Source of the DNA: Rhodosorus marinus CCMP1338
Taxonomy: Eukaryota > Plantae > Rhodophyta
Assembly (NCBI GenBank): GCA_029953675.1
Contig: JAMWBK010000007.1
Coordinates: forward strand, 1,240,001-1,304,000
Direction: 5' to 3'
DNA length: 64,000 nt
Shown: one piece after another, positions 26,439 through 37,139 of the stretch
Position numbering within the stretch: the stretch's first letter is position 1
How the letters are laid out: every line of letters starts with the position of its first letter
Notes under the pieces: generated by a model
What the model was told of the DNA's origin: nothing
Databases searched by the model: none
Seen by the model: the letters and a program-made list of their open reading frames with translations, nothing else
Translations under genes and position numbers: made by a program

Positions 26439-27608
26439 ATGAAGATCTTGTGCACAACGACGTTGTTTCTCGCTGTTGGTTTCTTGGTTTCAATTGCAGC
26501 GGCCAATTACCCGGGTTGCGACCCGAAGGGTGAGTATCCTTACTTTCAAAGGAGGACTAATTATTTGACCACTGGTGGGGGTACCACTGGCGGGGGATAC
26601 CAACCGCCGGGTTATGTCCTGTATGTTGCAACGATATACACCAGAACAGGTGTGAATACGAACGGGATACCAAGTTTCCAAGTGGAGGTAAAAAACTACG
26701 GTCCACTTATCAATATGACGAGAGTAAGACTTGGAGTCTGGACCGACTGCAACGAAGGAAGCGTTCCCAATGGAGGAAACAAGTTTCAGATCATCTTAGA
26801 CGCGGATGATATCGATCAGGATAACCTAGTCTTCGAGATTCCGGTTACCGAGATGCCGATCCCCAACTGCCTTTCTCTTGACTCCATCTGCATGGTCGGT
26901 GCGTTCAGGGGATTCGTCCAAGAAGATTTCGGTGCCGAAGAAAGGGAGACGAACCTGAGGATTTCCACAAAGCAATATACCGGTAGCCAATGCCCAGACT
27001 CGACGCCTAAGGGACCCAACGGGATAACCCAGTGCCCAGTTGGGGTTATATGGGTCGACGGCACCCCGTCACCGTCGCCGACTCCTTCTCCCTTCTACAA
27101 CTGCGAGAAGGATATTGAGGCGACCGGACTTGAGCCAACGTTCACTTGCGAAAACAAAGCAAACTGCATCTCTACCTTCAGTTTGCTAGATATCGATACA
27201 AAAACCAATGTTGCAACCGCGACTTACAGCACTTCATCTGTGAACGATGAGCGCTGCTTCCACCTCGCTATAAAGTTCACCTCAGCCGGACATGGGCATA
27301 CCATTACTGGCATGTACTTGGGCCTGTGGGGAGCGGACCAGGATCTGGAGACCATCTGGGATAACAACCAAGAGTTCCAGATCTCAACTTCAGTAGCTCC
27401 CGACACCCCCTTGGAGTGGGATATCTGCCCTTCCATGTTGACCGATATGCCAAACTGTACCTCCATCGAGGATATGCTGTTCCTGAGCACGATAGTTGCC
27501 GCAGATGAGAGCGGTAACGGGTATTTCTTGGTTCCTGATGAGGGGCAATGTCCCGATCTGGTGGTGATACCATTCAACGGATGCCCAGTCAACACGGAGT
27601 GGAACTAA
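26439..27608 (+). CDS. Secreted Cys-containing protein with two internally repeated ~110-aa domains separated by a (TP/SP) hinge
   Basis: Signal peptide MKILCTTTLFLAVGFLVSIAAA. Repeats VATIYTRT/VATATYSTS, MTRVRLGVW/ITGMYLGLW, NKFQI/QEFQI, EIPVTEMPIPNC/DICPSMLTDMPNC. Hinge TPSPSPTPSP. No intron. Confidence 0.8.
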   Translation: MKILCTTTLFLAVGFLVSIAAANYPGCDPKGEYPYFQRRTNYLTTGGGTTGGGYQPPGYVLYVATIYTRTGVNTNGIPSFQVEVKNYGPLINMTRVRLGVWTDCNEGSVPNGGNKFQIILDADDIDQDNLVFEIPVTEMPIPNCLSLDSICMVGAFRGFVQEDFGAEERETNLRISTKQYTGSQCPDSTPKGPNGITQCPVGVIWVDGTPSPSPTPSPFYNCEKDIEATGLEPTFTCENKANCISTFSLLDIDTKTNVATATYSTSSVNDERCFHLAIKFTSAGHGHTITGMYLGLWGADQDLETIWDNNQEFQISTSVAPDTPLEWDICPSMLTDMPNCTSIEDMLFLSTIVAADESGNGYFLVPDEGQCPDLVVIPFNGCPVNTEWN

Positions 27609-28089
27609 CTGATTCGCAAAGAGCGCCCTGGATTGAAGATGGAGTCGTCGTATTATCCTCGGGCAACCCCACTAGCGCCCTGGAATCCCTCGCACAGCTG
27701 ATCTGTTACGTGAACTGTGATTCCATTTTCATGAGCCACTGAACCCGCAAGCATCGATCTAAAGTACTAAACTAGCAGACTGCCATGACGGCTTTGACGA
27801 TTTGTACCCGGGTTTATCCATCAAATCCAGGTTCAGGGGTGGTAAACTTTACAGTACTACAGCAGTGTACCATGTCAGAATATTTGATAAAACTCAGAAC
27901 TGAGATGGTTAAATAACCAACAGGAATCAAACCCACCCCATGCGTAGCTCCATGATTCACCGTTTAATCAGAGATAGCCACCCTGGAGTCGGAAAACTTT
28001 CTCCGGGTACGCGACTGCGAGCTGTTCGGAACACGGAAAAAGATCAATACGAGCGCGGGATCATAGGTCTGACTCAATATTGAAAGTTG

Positions 28090-29250
28090 TGGTTTTATTA
28101 GCATAGTCTGAAGCGCTTGCGCAGGGCGGGAATGGCTCTGATGGCGATAACCCCGACTAGGCTGCTGCAAGAATATCGCCAGAGAGCGAAACTTAAAACG
28201 GCGTAGGAGTCCCAAGTATTCGAAGCATTTGCGCATGCATTCCATGCTGGAATTTTCCAGATTCCCAAAGCCTTCCACAATGAAAGGCTGGAACTTGTGA
28301 GAACGGCCGTCTGCCCAGGGGAAACATGGCATGCTCTCAGCATACCGTCGTTGCTTCCGGCGGCGAAGGATAGAAGCTGCTGCCCGAGAACGGAGAGCGG
28401 CAGAGAGAAGATAGGTAGTTTACGCAGGCCATGTGCAGCGAGGTCCACATATGCTGCGCATCTAACAGCGGGGTCCGATACCAGGAGATCTGCGACGCAA
28501 CGGGATGTTGTGGTGGCCGAAGTTGATCGGGGCAGCTCCGATTCAACCTCAACCGTGGGGCCAGCCCTGTTCAAAACGTTTGCTCAGGATGTACTTCAGC
28601 CTGGTGTGACGTTTCGTACGATGACCTTTCAAGACTCCACACGAGCCCAGAAATTGGTATCCACGACCGTCAATACGACTCTCACAGCTTTCGCAGAAGG
28701 AAGGGCGACTAGAATGCCAAGGGGCCTCTGGAAAATCAAAGTAGATTCTTGCGGCAGTCCGGAACTGGAAGGGGTCCAGACGTTGGACCCCTTCCAGTGA
28801 CGAGGGAAGAGTGATTAAGAACTGGTGAGATAGATGACGTCCCATGCCGCGTAGACGAGCCGTTGTTGTGGGCGGCGTGAGTAGAGAGTTGAGCAAGATG
28901 GCGTGAGCGGCACTGTGTTGGCCCACGGTGAGCACCACGTTCTGCTCATTACCCGGTAATCTGCCGCGAGTGTCTGGGGACTGCGTTTCCCCTCGGCACT
29001 CGGTCGACGGTAGATTCCACGACGGCCTCATTGCGTCCTCATAATATCTCCCTCCAGGGACTAAACTTCGATCGATTCTCGTCCGGCACGGCGTTGCATC
29101 TACTGAAAGCCTCTTCAGGCCATCATCTATACTCAGTATCGGAGTGGAAGAGTGATGGAGCGGTGATCTGAGCCCAAGTCAAGCGGCAGGCACTGCGTAG
29201 CCGAAAGCTCACCAGGGTGCGAAATGCGATGGCCCATGAGGCTACCGCCA
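28090..29250 (-). mobile_element. Family A retrotransposon, 5'-truncated diverged copy (thumb, CCHC, RLE, 3' end)
   Basis: ARLRGMGRHLSH, CESCESRIDGRGYQFLGSC, VEVESELP, VADLLVSD, YVDLA. 3' end GCTAATAAAA at ~28092. Confidence 0.88.
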
Positions 29251-29269
29251 CAGACGAGCATAAAAGACG

Positions 29270-29560
29270 TCGGAGACCGACGATTTTATGCTCAAGTACA
29301 AGGGGAGAGCCAGCTGGGCCCGAATTAAGTCCCGATCAGGTGCCGATTTCAAAGTAAGGGGTTACGTTAGTCTCGGCTACTACGGCAGACTAGTTGGAAA
29401 AGCAGAGCACGAGAAGAGGCAACACTATGCTGAGGTGTTGGCTGCTGCTCGCCGAGATGTGATCTTGGTGCCTTTCGTGCTGGAAACGTACGGAAGCCTG
29501 GTTAAGGCGGGGGTAGAGTTCCTCCAGGCAGCGACTACGCATCGTGTTTGCTCTGAGAGA
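29270..29560 (+). pseudogene. Relic of a third RLE family (endonuclease C-terminus)
   Basis: KAEHEKRQHY...LVPFVLETYGSL matches the terminal RLE block (cf. FQPFIVESFG in A, LVPLIIECFG in B). Confidence 0.55.
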
Positions 29561-30341
29561 GGCGTACAAGAGAAAGGAAATCCAAAGGGTGATGTTCATC
29601 AGATCAGATCAAAAGCCGGCAGGCTGTCTGCCGAAAGAAATGAGACGGCAGTCATGGATCGATACTTGGAGACAGGTGAATTGCCAGTCTCGGCTGACGA
29701 GTTCATTGACGGTGTGGCGTCAAAGAAAAACGGGGGAATGTGAGGATCCACGAGAACACAATAACGACAATGGTAGCAACGATACTATCAAGCCCTATGG
29801 AATCAATCACTATGGATGGTACATTTAGATCTGCCGATGCTAGAATCCCCGTGTTCCCCGCAGAGAGTGTCAGAGATATTAGTGAACTGAAGGGCTTGTA
29901 GAGTTCACGGGGAAGCGGAAGCGGAGAAGAGGCAGAATAAAAGGGAACAGAATAAAAGAACATAGTTTCTTTCGGTTTGGGTAGTAAGATAGTGGGTTTC
30001 ATGCCCGCGACCTGTGTCGATGGAGACCTTTTTAGAGTGGTTATCTCCCGCTCTAAGTCGAATACCGTGGTCAGGGGGTTTCTAAAGAGATTTTGATTTA
30101 GAGTTCCCTCTTTGATCCACCTCTTTGTTCCCCCCCAGGTGCCGTTTAGTTACTTCCCCAACCAATACGTATTTCGTTTTTTTTATGTAGATTTTTCAAT
30201 AGGTGCTCCAATGAACTATATTCCAATAAAAAGAAGGAAAAAGAACTTTTTCGATCCCCAGCTCCGAGTTTGACCAACCCCTTGGAGTTTAAGTAATTCA
30301 ATAATTTGAATTACGTATGTAAACTCTGAAGGATTTGCTCT

Positions 30342-31215
30342 TCTTATGCTATCGCCGTGGCTCTGCCGCCGCCAGCATGAGACGCCGCAAAGAGATCAAA
30401 TACGCAGGGGCTTTGTCTTCCCCTGGTGTTCGTGCTTCGGCACTAGCACATCGCTTGGTACCCCTGATCATTGAGTGCTTTGGGTTCATGGACTCTGTTG
30501 GTTCTCGCTGGCTTCGGGAGTTGTTCCGTGAACGACTCCCGACCGTCTTCAATCGTTGTTTACCCGCTTAAGTTTCCTGCTGTGGCGCATGAATGCCGCT
30601 TTGATGTTGGAGGCGCGAGTACTTCGCCGCGCTTAGTCTTTTTTTCCCCTCGGGGTTTTTTTTTCAGCCTCCGATTAAACCATTCGTTCGTCTTATGCTT
30701 TTGGGTTCATGGACTCTGTTGGTTCTCGCTGGCTTCGGGAGTTGTTCCGCGAACGCCCTGACCGTCTTCAATCGTTGTTTACCCGCTTAAGTTTCCTGAT
30801 GTGGCGCATGAATGCCGCTTTGATGTTGGAGGCGCGAGTTCTTCGCCGCACTTAGTCTTTTTTTCCCCTCGGGGTTTTTTTTTTCAGCCTCCGATTAAAC
30901 CATTCGTTTCTTATGCTTCTTGCTTCGGCTTTTGGGCTCGACTTTTCAAGCTCGGGTTCTACAATGATGACAAAAGGCATTCTACACGAAAACGTAGAAG
31001 AATGACCTTCAATAGATTTCAGCCCATAGAGGAAACTGAATGAATGGTTTAATCGGAGGCTGAAAAAAAAAAAAAACCCCGAGGGGAAAAAAAGACTAAG
31101 CGCGGCGAAGTACTCGCGCCTCCAACATCAAAGCGGCATTCATGCGCCACAGCAGGAAACTTAAGCGGGTAAACAACGATTGAAGACGGTCAGGGCGTTC
31201 GCGGAACAACTCCCG
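30342..31215. mobile_element. Cluster of three family B 3' fragments (two tandem plus-strand, one inverted)
   Basis: 30351-30690 (+), 30700-30908 (+) and ~31040-31215 (-) nearly match 60330-60660. TCTTATGCT occurs at 30342, 30691 and 30909. Confidence 0.92.
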
Positions 31216-32439
31216 AAACAGAGGAAACTAGGGCAACCAGAAAAATCATGAATTCAATTTTTTTGGCTGTCATGAATGAACTTGTCGAACAAGCAACTCA
31301 TTAGTTCAGCCCGGAAATGATTGGGGATTCTACCATTTCTGAGCCGGTGTGGCAAATTTAAACGTCCACTTAACTCGTTTAATTGGAGACTGAAAACATA
31401 AAAAGGATATTGGGAAAAAATAGACTTCAGAAGCCCGAAGATCACGCGCCTCTAACGTTGAATCCGAGGCTAGCGCCCCGGCACCATGATTTCCCGACTC
31501 CACCGACTGCTTGGCTGCTTCGTTCGAAATGTCTGATTTTTGTATTTAGGAGGTGACGAATTTTCTCAATCAGCTGAAAAAAATTGATGTAATGCTTCAA
31601 TGTTTTGTGTAGAATTTATTGTTGTCAAGGGTTTAGGAAGAGTTAGCGAATCTAGGCGCAGGACCAGGGTAACACTTTTCTCTGCTCTTCGGGCCCGGCC
31701 TTGACTGAGAATCAACACGATTAGAAGCTTTGTAAGGAAAGAACTCAAAACTAGGTCAGTGCATTGTTGACATTCAGGTACTGGACGCTCATCAATCCGT
31801 TCACTTCGTGCATTTCGGTTTTCAGACCGTGTCTGATTCATTGAGCTTGGCGGATTTCATATAGGAAAACTCAGAGTTTGCTGAGAATCTACACAAGATG
31901 AACGGCTGTCCTCGGGGTCGTCCGTCACTGGCCGGCATTCGTCAAAATATTGCTGAAGGATGGTTCTCCAATTGGGTGGAGGCCGGTGGAGGACTACGAA
32001 AGGGACCTGCAGTACATTCGAATAGATGCAAATGGACGCTCTAGGAAGAAAGTCGTAGGGAGGATATTCAATCACGAGAACACCGCCGCACGTCATATGC
32101 CGGGTCAAACGTCGATCATTTACCTGCGCACGTTTCCTACCTGGTTTCCTATCTTGCCCTGTCCTACCAGTCAAATGAGGCGAACAAAAATGAAGCATCG
32201 GTCTGGATCCACATTCATGGTCAAGGGTAACTTGAGAAGATCGTTGAATGATGCGGCGGTGATTGTCTCAACCGATCGTTGAAACCACTATAACATGAAT
32301 CTATTGGGATTCATGACTCCACAATCCAATGGATCTCCAGCAAATTTGAACAACGGACGCTGAGGTTAAGGTTGAACAGACACTTCCGTCCGATAAAAAG
32401 AAGCGTCCGATGACGTCCGATAGTACGAGAAAAAGTTCT

Positions 32440-33935
32440 TCCGACCTGTAATTATGAAATGAATGAATTTGTTTAATCGGAGCTGAAAGAAAAAACCCCG
32501 AGGGGAAAAAAATGACTAAGCGCGGCGAAGATCGCGCGCCTCCAACATCAAAGCAGCGTTCATACGCCACAGCAAGAAACTCAAAAGGGTAAACTACGAC
32601 GGCCAACGGGCAGGGCGTTCGCCGAACAATTCTCGAAGCGAGGAGAACAAATTATGAAATAGTGTCATATGGAGAAGTGATTTTGACCCCCCAAATTGAT
32701 TTATTGCTGGACTGGTTTTTACTAGCTAGCGTTGATTGAATATCGGACCCTTTATCCGACCGTTTTCCGGACTTGCAGTTGGAGATGGGGTGATGTTCTT
32801 AGCGAATTTTGTTGGGTGCATGAGTACATGCATGTCCAGCCGGTGCTGTGGAGGACTAACCAATTTTCAACCAGATACAGGTAAATTTATACATTTTCAA
32901 TAATAATCTGTAAATAGTCTGCAAACTTTATCTCACTCCTACTCGGGTTCCACATGGCCGAGACCGTGGATAGAGAGTCAAACGCCGGTTTTCCAAATAA
33001 ATAATCATATCCATCCATCCCGGGTCAATTGGGAGATTTTTGCCACAACGCAGCGCAATGAATTGTCTGGTACCCTTGGTACTTAGCGTTTTGGCCTGTG
33101 GACTCCATTAGTTCCCGTTTACTCGGCATCACCCTTCCTGATTGGAGGGGTATAAGGAAAGAGGTAAACGCAAACACTTGGTTCCCGTGGCTTGCGAACG
33201 CCCCGAACGTCTGCCCTCGTTGTTTTACCTGTTTCAGATTCCTGCCGATACGAACGCTGCTTTGATGTTGGAGGGGCGTGATCTTCGCCTCTGTATCAGT
33301 TGTCCTTTTTCCCTCCCCCGGAGTATGTTTTTTTTCAACCTTCGCGTAAACCCTATGCATTCCACAAATAGAGTTGGAGAGCCCGGAAGGGCTTCTTCGA
33401 CACATCCTGCGGGAGAGCGCCGGTTTACCGCTGCCAGTACGACTTGTCGCGAAGAGTTGATATATGCAGGGGCTTTGTCTTCCCCAGGCATTCGTATTCG
33501 GCTCGCTCATCGCCTAGTACCTTTGGTCATTGAGTGGCCAACGGAATCCGTCTTTGGGTTTATGGATTCCGTTGGTTCTCTTTGGCTGCGGGAGTTGGCC
33601 GCGAACGCCCTGACCGTCTCTCCTCGTTGTTTACTGGTTTAAGTTTCGTGCTGTGGCGTATGAACGCTGTTTGCTGTTGAAGGCGCGCGATCTTCGATGC
33701 GCGTAGTCTTGTTTTTTCCGCTTGGGGTTTGTCTTTCAGTCTCCAATTAAACAAATTCATTCATTCGTTGAACAAATTCAATCGTTCATTGCAGTTCATT
33801 GCGGAATTTGTTTAGTGAGGAATCGATTGGCTAATTATTTTGCTCAAGCGAACGAACGAATGGTTTAATCGGAGGCTGAAAAAAAAACCCCGAGGGGAAA
33901 AAAAGACTAAGCGCGGCGAAGTACTCGCGTTTTAA
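32440..33935. mobile_element. Further family B-like 3' fragments
   Basis: 32440-32640 (-), 33170-33360 (+, diverged), 33395-33775 (+; YAGALSSPG, HRLVPLVIE, FGFMDSVG), 33850-33930 (-). Confidence 0.85.
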
Positions 33936-34489
33936 ATCTTTGCAAGCAGTGCAAAGAAAGAATAGATTGGAGAATTTTTTTTTTGGCCTCGCACTGCAAT
34001 GAAGATTTCTCGAAACATTTAGCTTTCAAACTCCGGTAGAGCTGGAAATTTTGAAGGTAAAACAGGAGCTGAGGATACTCATTTATGTGGACAGTCGAAC
34101 AGGAAAAAAAAAAACACCTAAACCATTCGTTCGTATCACCAAGCAGGAGGAGGGAAAAAGAACCGGCGGCAGGTCCACCAAGGTAGCTAACCAATGACAT
34201 AACAAATGAATCACGAAAAACTTCAGGGCGAAATGGACTTTGCAAATTAAAATTGTTGTCTTGGGGATACAACCTCGAAGGAGAGAGGGTTTATATATAT
34301 ACACAATTGGGAGCTCACTTGTATACGCAGGGAGGGTTTAGTGTCACGAACTGGCCAGGATAGCTGAAGTTTTGTTGGCAACCGTAGTCAACGGGAGGAA
34401 GCGCATCGACTAATTAAGAGGAAGGGAAATTTTTTTTCCATCACCCTTAGAGGAGAGAAGGAGAATACGCGGATTTTGGTTAGTTAATC

Positions 34490-35011
34490 ATGAGAAGACT
34501 GTCAGTGGCTTTCTTGGCCTTGACTATGCTCGTCGCAGCGGTCAAGGCTGACGAAATTGATTGCGACGACTACCCGATGGTGATGTGCAATGACAGAGCG
34601 TTCAGGAAGTTATGTTCGGTATACTGCCGGAGGCCCTGTGTAGACAAAGGATGGTGTAGTAAACGCTTTGGTAGAGAAGATGACGATGATATAGAGAGAA
34701 GGTGCAAAAGAAGTTCAAGCTTTGCGCGCAGTTGTCCCTATATGTGTGATCTTTGTCAAAGTGAGGACGAAGATGAGAACGACGATGACGACGACGATGA
34801 CACTGACGACGATGATGATGAAGACACTGAAGATGATGAAGATGATACGAACGATGACGACGATGGTGATGAAGACACTGAAGATGATACTGACGATGAC
34901 GACCGTGAAAACAATGGTTACCGCAGGGAACGCCGTTGCCGCAGGAGGTGCAACAGGTGCAGAAGGAACAGGCGACCGAGGAGGTGCAGGTCGATCTGCA
35001 GACGTTGCTGA
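34490..35011 (+). CDS. Secreted protein: ShKT-like Cys domains, Asp/Glu-rich tract, Arg/Cys-rich basic tail
   Basis: Signal peptide MRRLSVAFLALTMLVAAVKA. C..C..LC..YC and C...RSCPYMCDLC (ShK-type CPxxCxxC). About 50-aa D/E/T tract. Tail RRERRCRRRCNRCRRNRRPRRCRSICRRC. No intron. Confidence 0.78.
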   Translation: MRRLSVAFLALTMLVAAVKADEIDCDDYPMVMCNDRAFRKLCSVYCRRPCVDKGWCSKRFGREDDDDIERRCKRSSSFARSCPYMCDLCQSEDEDENDDDDDDDTDDDDDEDTEDDEDDTNDDDDGDEDTEDDTDDDDRENNGYRRERRCRRRCNRCRRNRRPRRCRSICRRC

Positions 35012-35429
35012 TAGGGTCGCGACGTCGACGACAACTATGAGGACGGGGATGATTAGGTCTACACCTCACACCTAGTTTCCATGGACAGAACAAGCTCCAC
35101 AATGAGTTGCACCCTCAGCAGATTTTTCTTTTTCCCCCTCGGTGCATTCTTAAGTCTCCCGATGACCAAATTCATTTAGCTAATCTCCCTAAGCCTTCCC
35201 CCGAGTACAGGTACGCAGTTCATATTCAAGTCTATCGTTAAGTACCGAAATAAAACCCAGCTTTTGTCTGGACTGGTTTTGGCCTCTGCCTCTTCACTCA
35301 TTCCATTTTCATGGAGCAAAATTGCACGTGACAACTTGACTTCGCACGGCAATCATCTAAAACTCCTGTCGAATTTATCGAGATGGGCGTATTCTGCTCA
35401 CTCAGCACCAAGGTTTGCAAGGTATGCTG

Positions 35430-36950
35430 TACCTTGAACGCATATGTTGACCTCGCGATTACATGCCCTGTGGCAAGCGCCCATCTAACGGCTGCCGCCC
35501 GTCGCCGGGGAGCAGCTGCTTCGGCCCTTCGCCGCGTGAAGGAACGACGGTATGCTGAGAGTATGGCCAGCCTGCCTCGCGCTGAGGGTCGCTCCCACCG
35601 GTTCCAGCCTTTCATTGTGGAAAAGCTTTGGTCACGTGAAGAAGGCGGGTTTGGAGTGGTTGCGGAAATGTTTCACTGAGCATCCTGTTGAATACTTGGA
35701 ATTTTTGCGGCGTTTAAGTGTCTCTCTGTTGCGATATTCGAGCAGCATGCTTGCCGAGGCGCGCCATCGGCACCTGGGTTTGCACGCTTCCCTACCTAGT
35801 TCTTAGTTGCTTTTAACGGTTTGCGAAGCGCTGTAGGCTATGCTAATAAAGCCAGGAAGCTGTACTGTTCCTATGAGCGCTCCAGATGAACAGGCGGCTT
35901 TTGTATCGAAGGTCGCGAGCACATCGCCCACATTTACGGACACCAAACCGTGAAGTCAGAGACTTAAACCACACACCCACACACTCCAACGCGAATGGAA
36001 CCACCACTGTATTCCCTGCAAGGTTTAGAAGGTTTGCAACCGCCTTAGGCTATGCTAATAAAACCAACACATTGCCGCTCACGCAATCTTGCTCAAATCT
36101 CCCCTCACACCGCCTACCACCGCCGCTCGCCTCCGCGGCATGGGAGGCCATTTATCACGTTTGTGGTTAACGACCCTTCCCGTCATCACTTGGTCACCGT
36201 CTGGATGCCTTCCAGTTTCGCTCTGCCGCACGGATTTACCTGGGTTTGCCACAAGCTCCGTGGCACTCTAATCGGCCGTCTTTCTATCAGGGATGTGAGA
36301 GTCGGATCGGTGCTTGTGGATACCATTTCTTAGGTTCATGTGGACTGTTGCGAGGTCTTCGTACGAGGCGTCACACTCGCTTCAAGTACATTCTCAGCGA
36401 ATGTTTGACTCGGGTAGGGCATACGGTTGAGGTGGAATAGGAACTACCAAGATCGGTCTCGGATAGGGCACCGCCTCGCTGTATCGCAGATCTCCTCGTC
36501 TCCGATGCTGCCGCCAGACGCTCAGCATATGTTGACTTCGCGATTACATGCCCTGTGGCAAGCGCCCATCTCACGGCTGACGCCCGCCGCCGGGGAGCAG
36601 CTGCTTCGGCCCTTCGCCGCGTGAAGGAACGACGGTATGCTGAGAGTATGGCCAGCCTGCCTCGCGCTGAGGGTCGCTCCCACCGGTTCCAGCCTTTCAT
36701 TGTGGAAAAGCTTTGGTTACGTGAAGAAGGCGGGTTTGGAGTGGTTGCGGAAATGTTTCACTGAGCATCCTGTTGAATACTTGGAATTTTTGCGGCGTTT
36801 AAGTGTCTCTCTGTTGCGATATTCGAGCAGCATGCTTGCCGAGGCGCGCCATCGGCACCTGGGTTTGCACGCTTCCCTACCTAGTTCTTAGTTCCTTTTC
36901 ACGGCTTGCGTAGCGCTTTAGGCTATGCTGGTAAAGCCAATAAAGCCAGA
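35430..36950 (+). mobile_element. Family A 3' fragments in head-to-tail series
   Basis: 35430-35855, a short tail at ~36025-36062, and 36065-36950. Each ends GGCTATGCT(A/G)(A/G)TAAA(GCCA). Near-identical to 37287-38127 on the opposite strand. Confidence 0.92.
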
Positions 36951-37139
36951 CTAAAAACAATTCCACTTGAACGGGAATTGGTGACTAGCGGGAAGCTTTA
37001 TAGGTCAACGGACCGCACCATTTTTTAATAGCTTTCAATTCGTAAACTTGAGGACTTCTTCAACTGGCCACAAATTTCTCTATTAACTTCTTTGTCGAGG
37101 AGATATCTTTGTCCGAGGTCGTCGACCTGGGGCTAGGTG

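Noticed and set aside
30905-30960. Similarity of the B insertion flank to U2 snRNA (Utopia-like targeting)
   Set aside because: Only scattered short matches (TTCTTAT, TCGGC.TTTTGG). There is no branch-point recognition sequence GTGTAGTA, and other B flanks do not share it.
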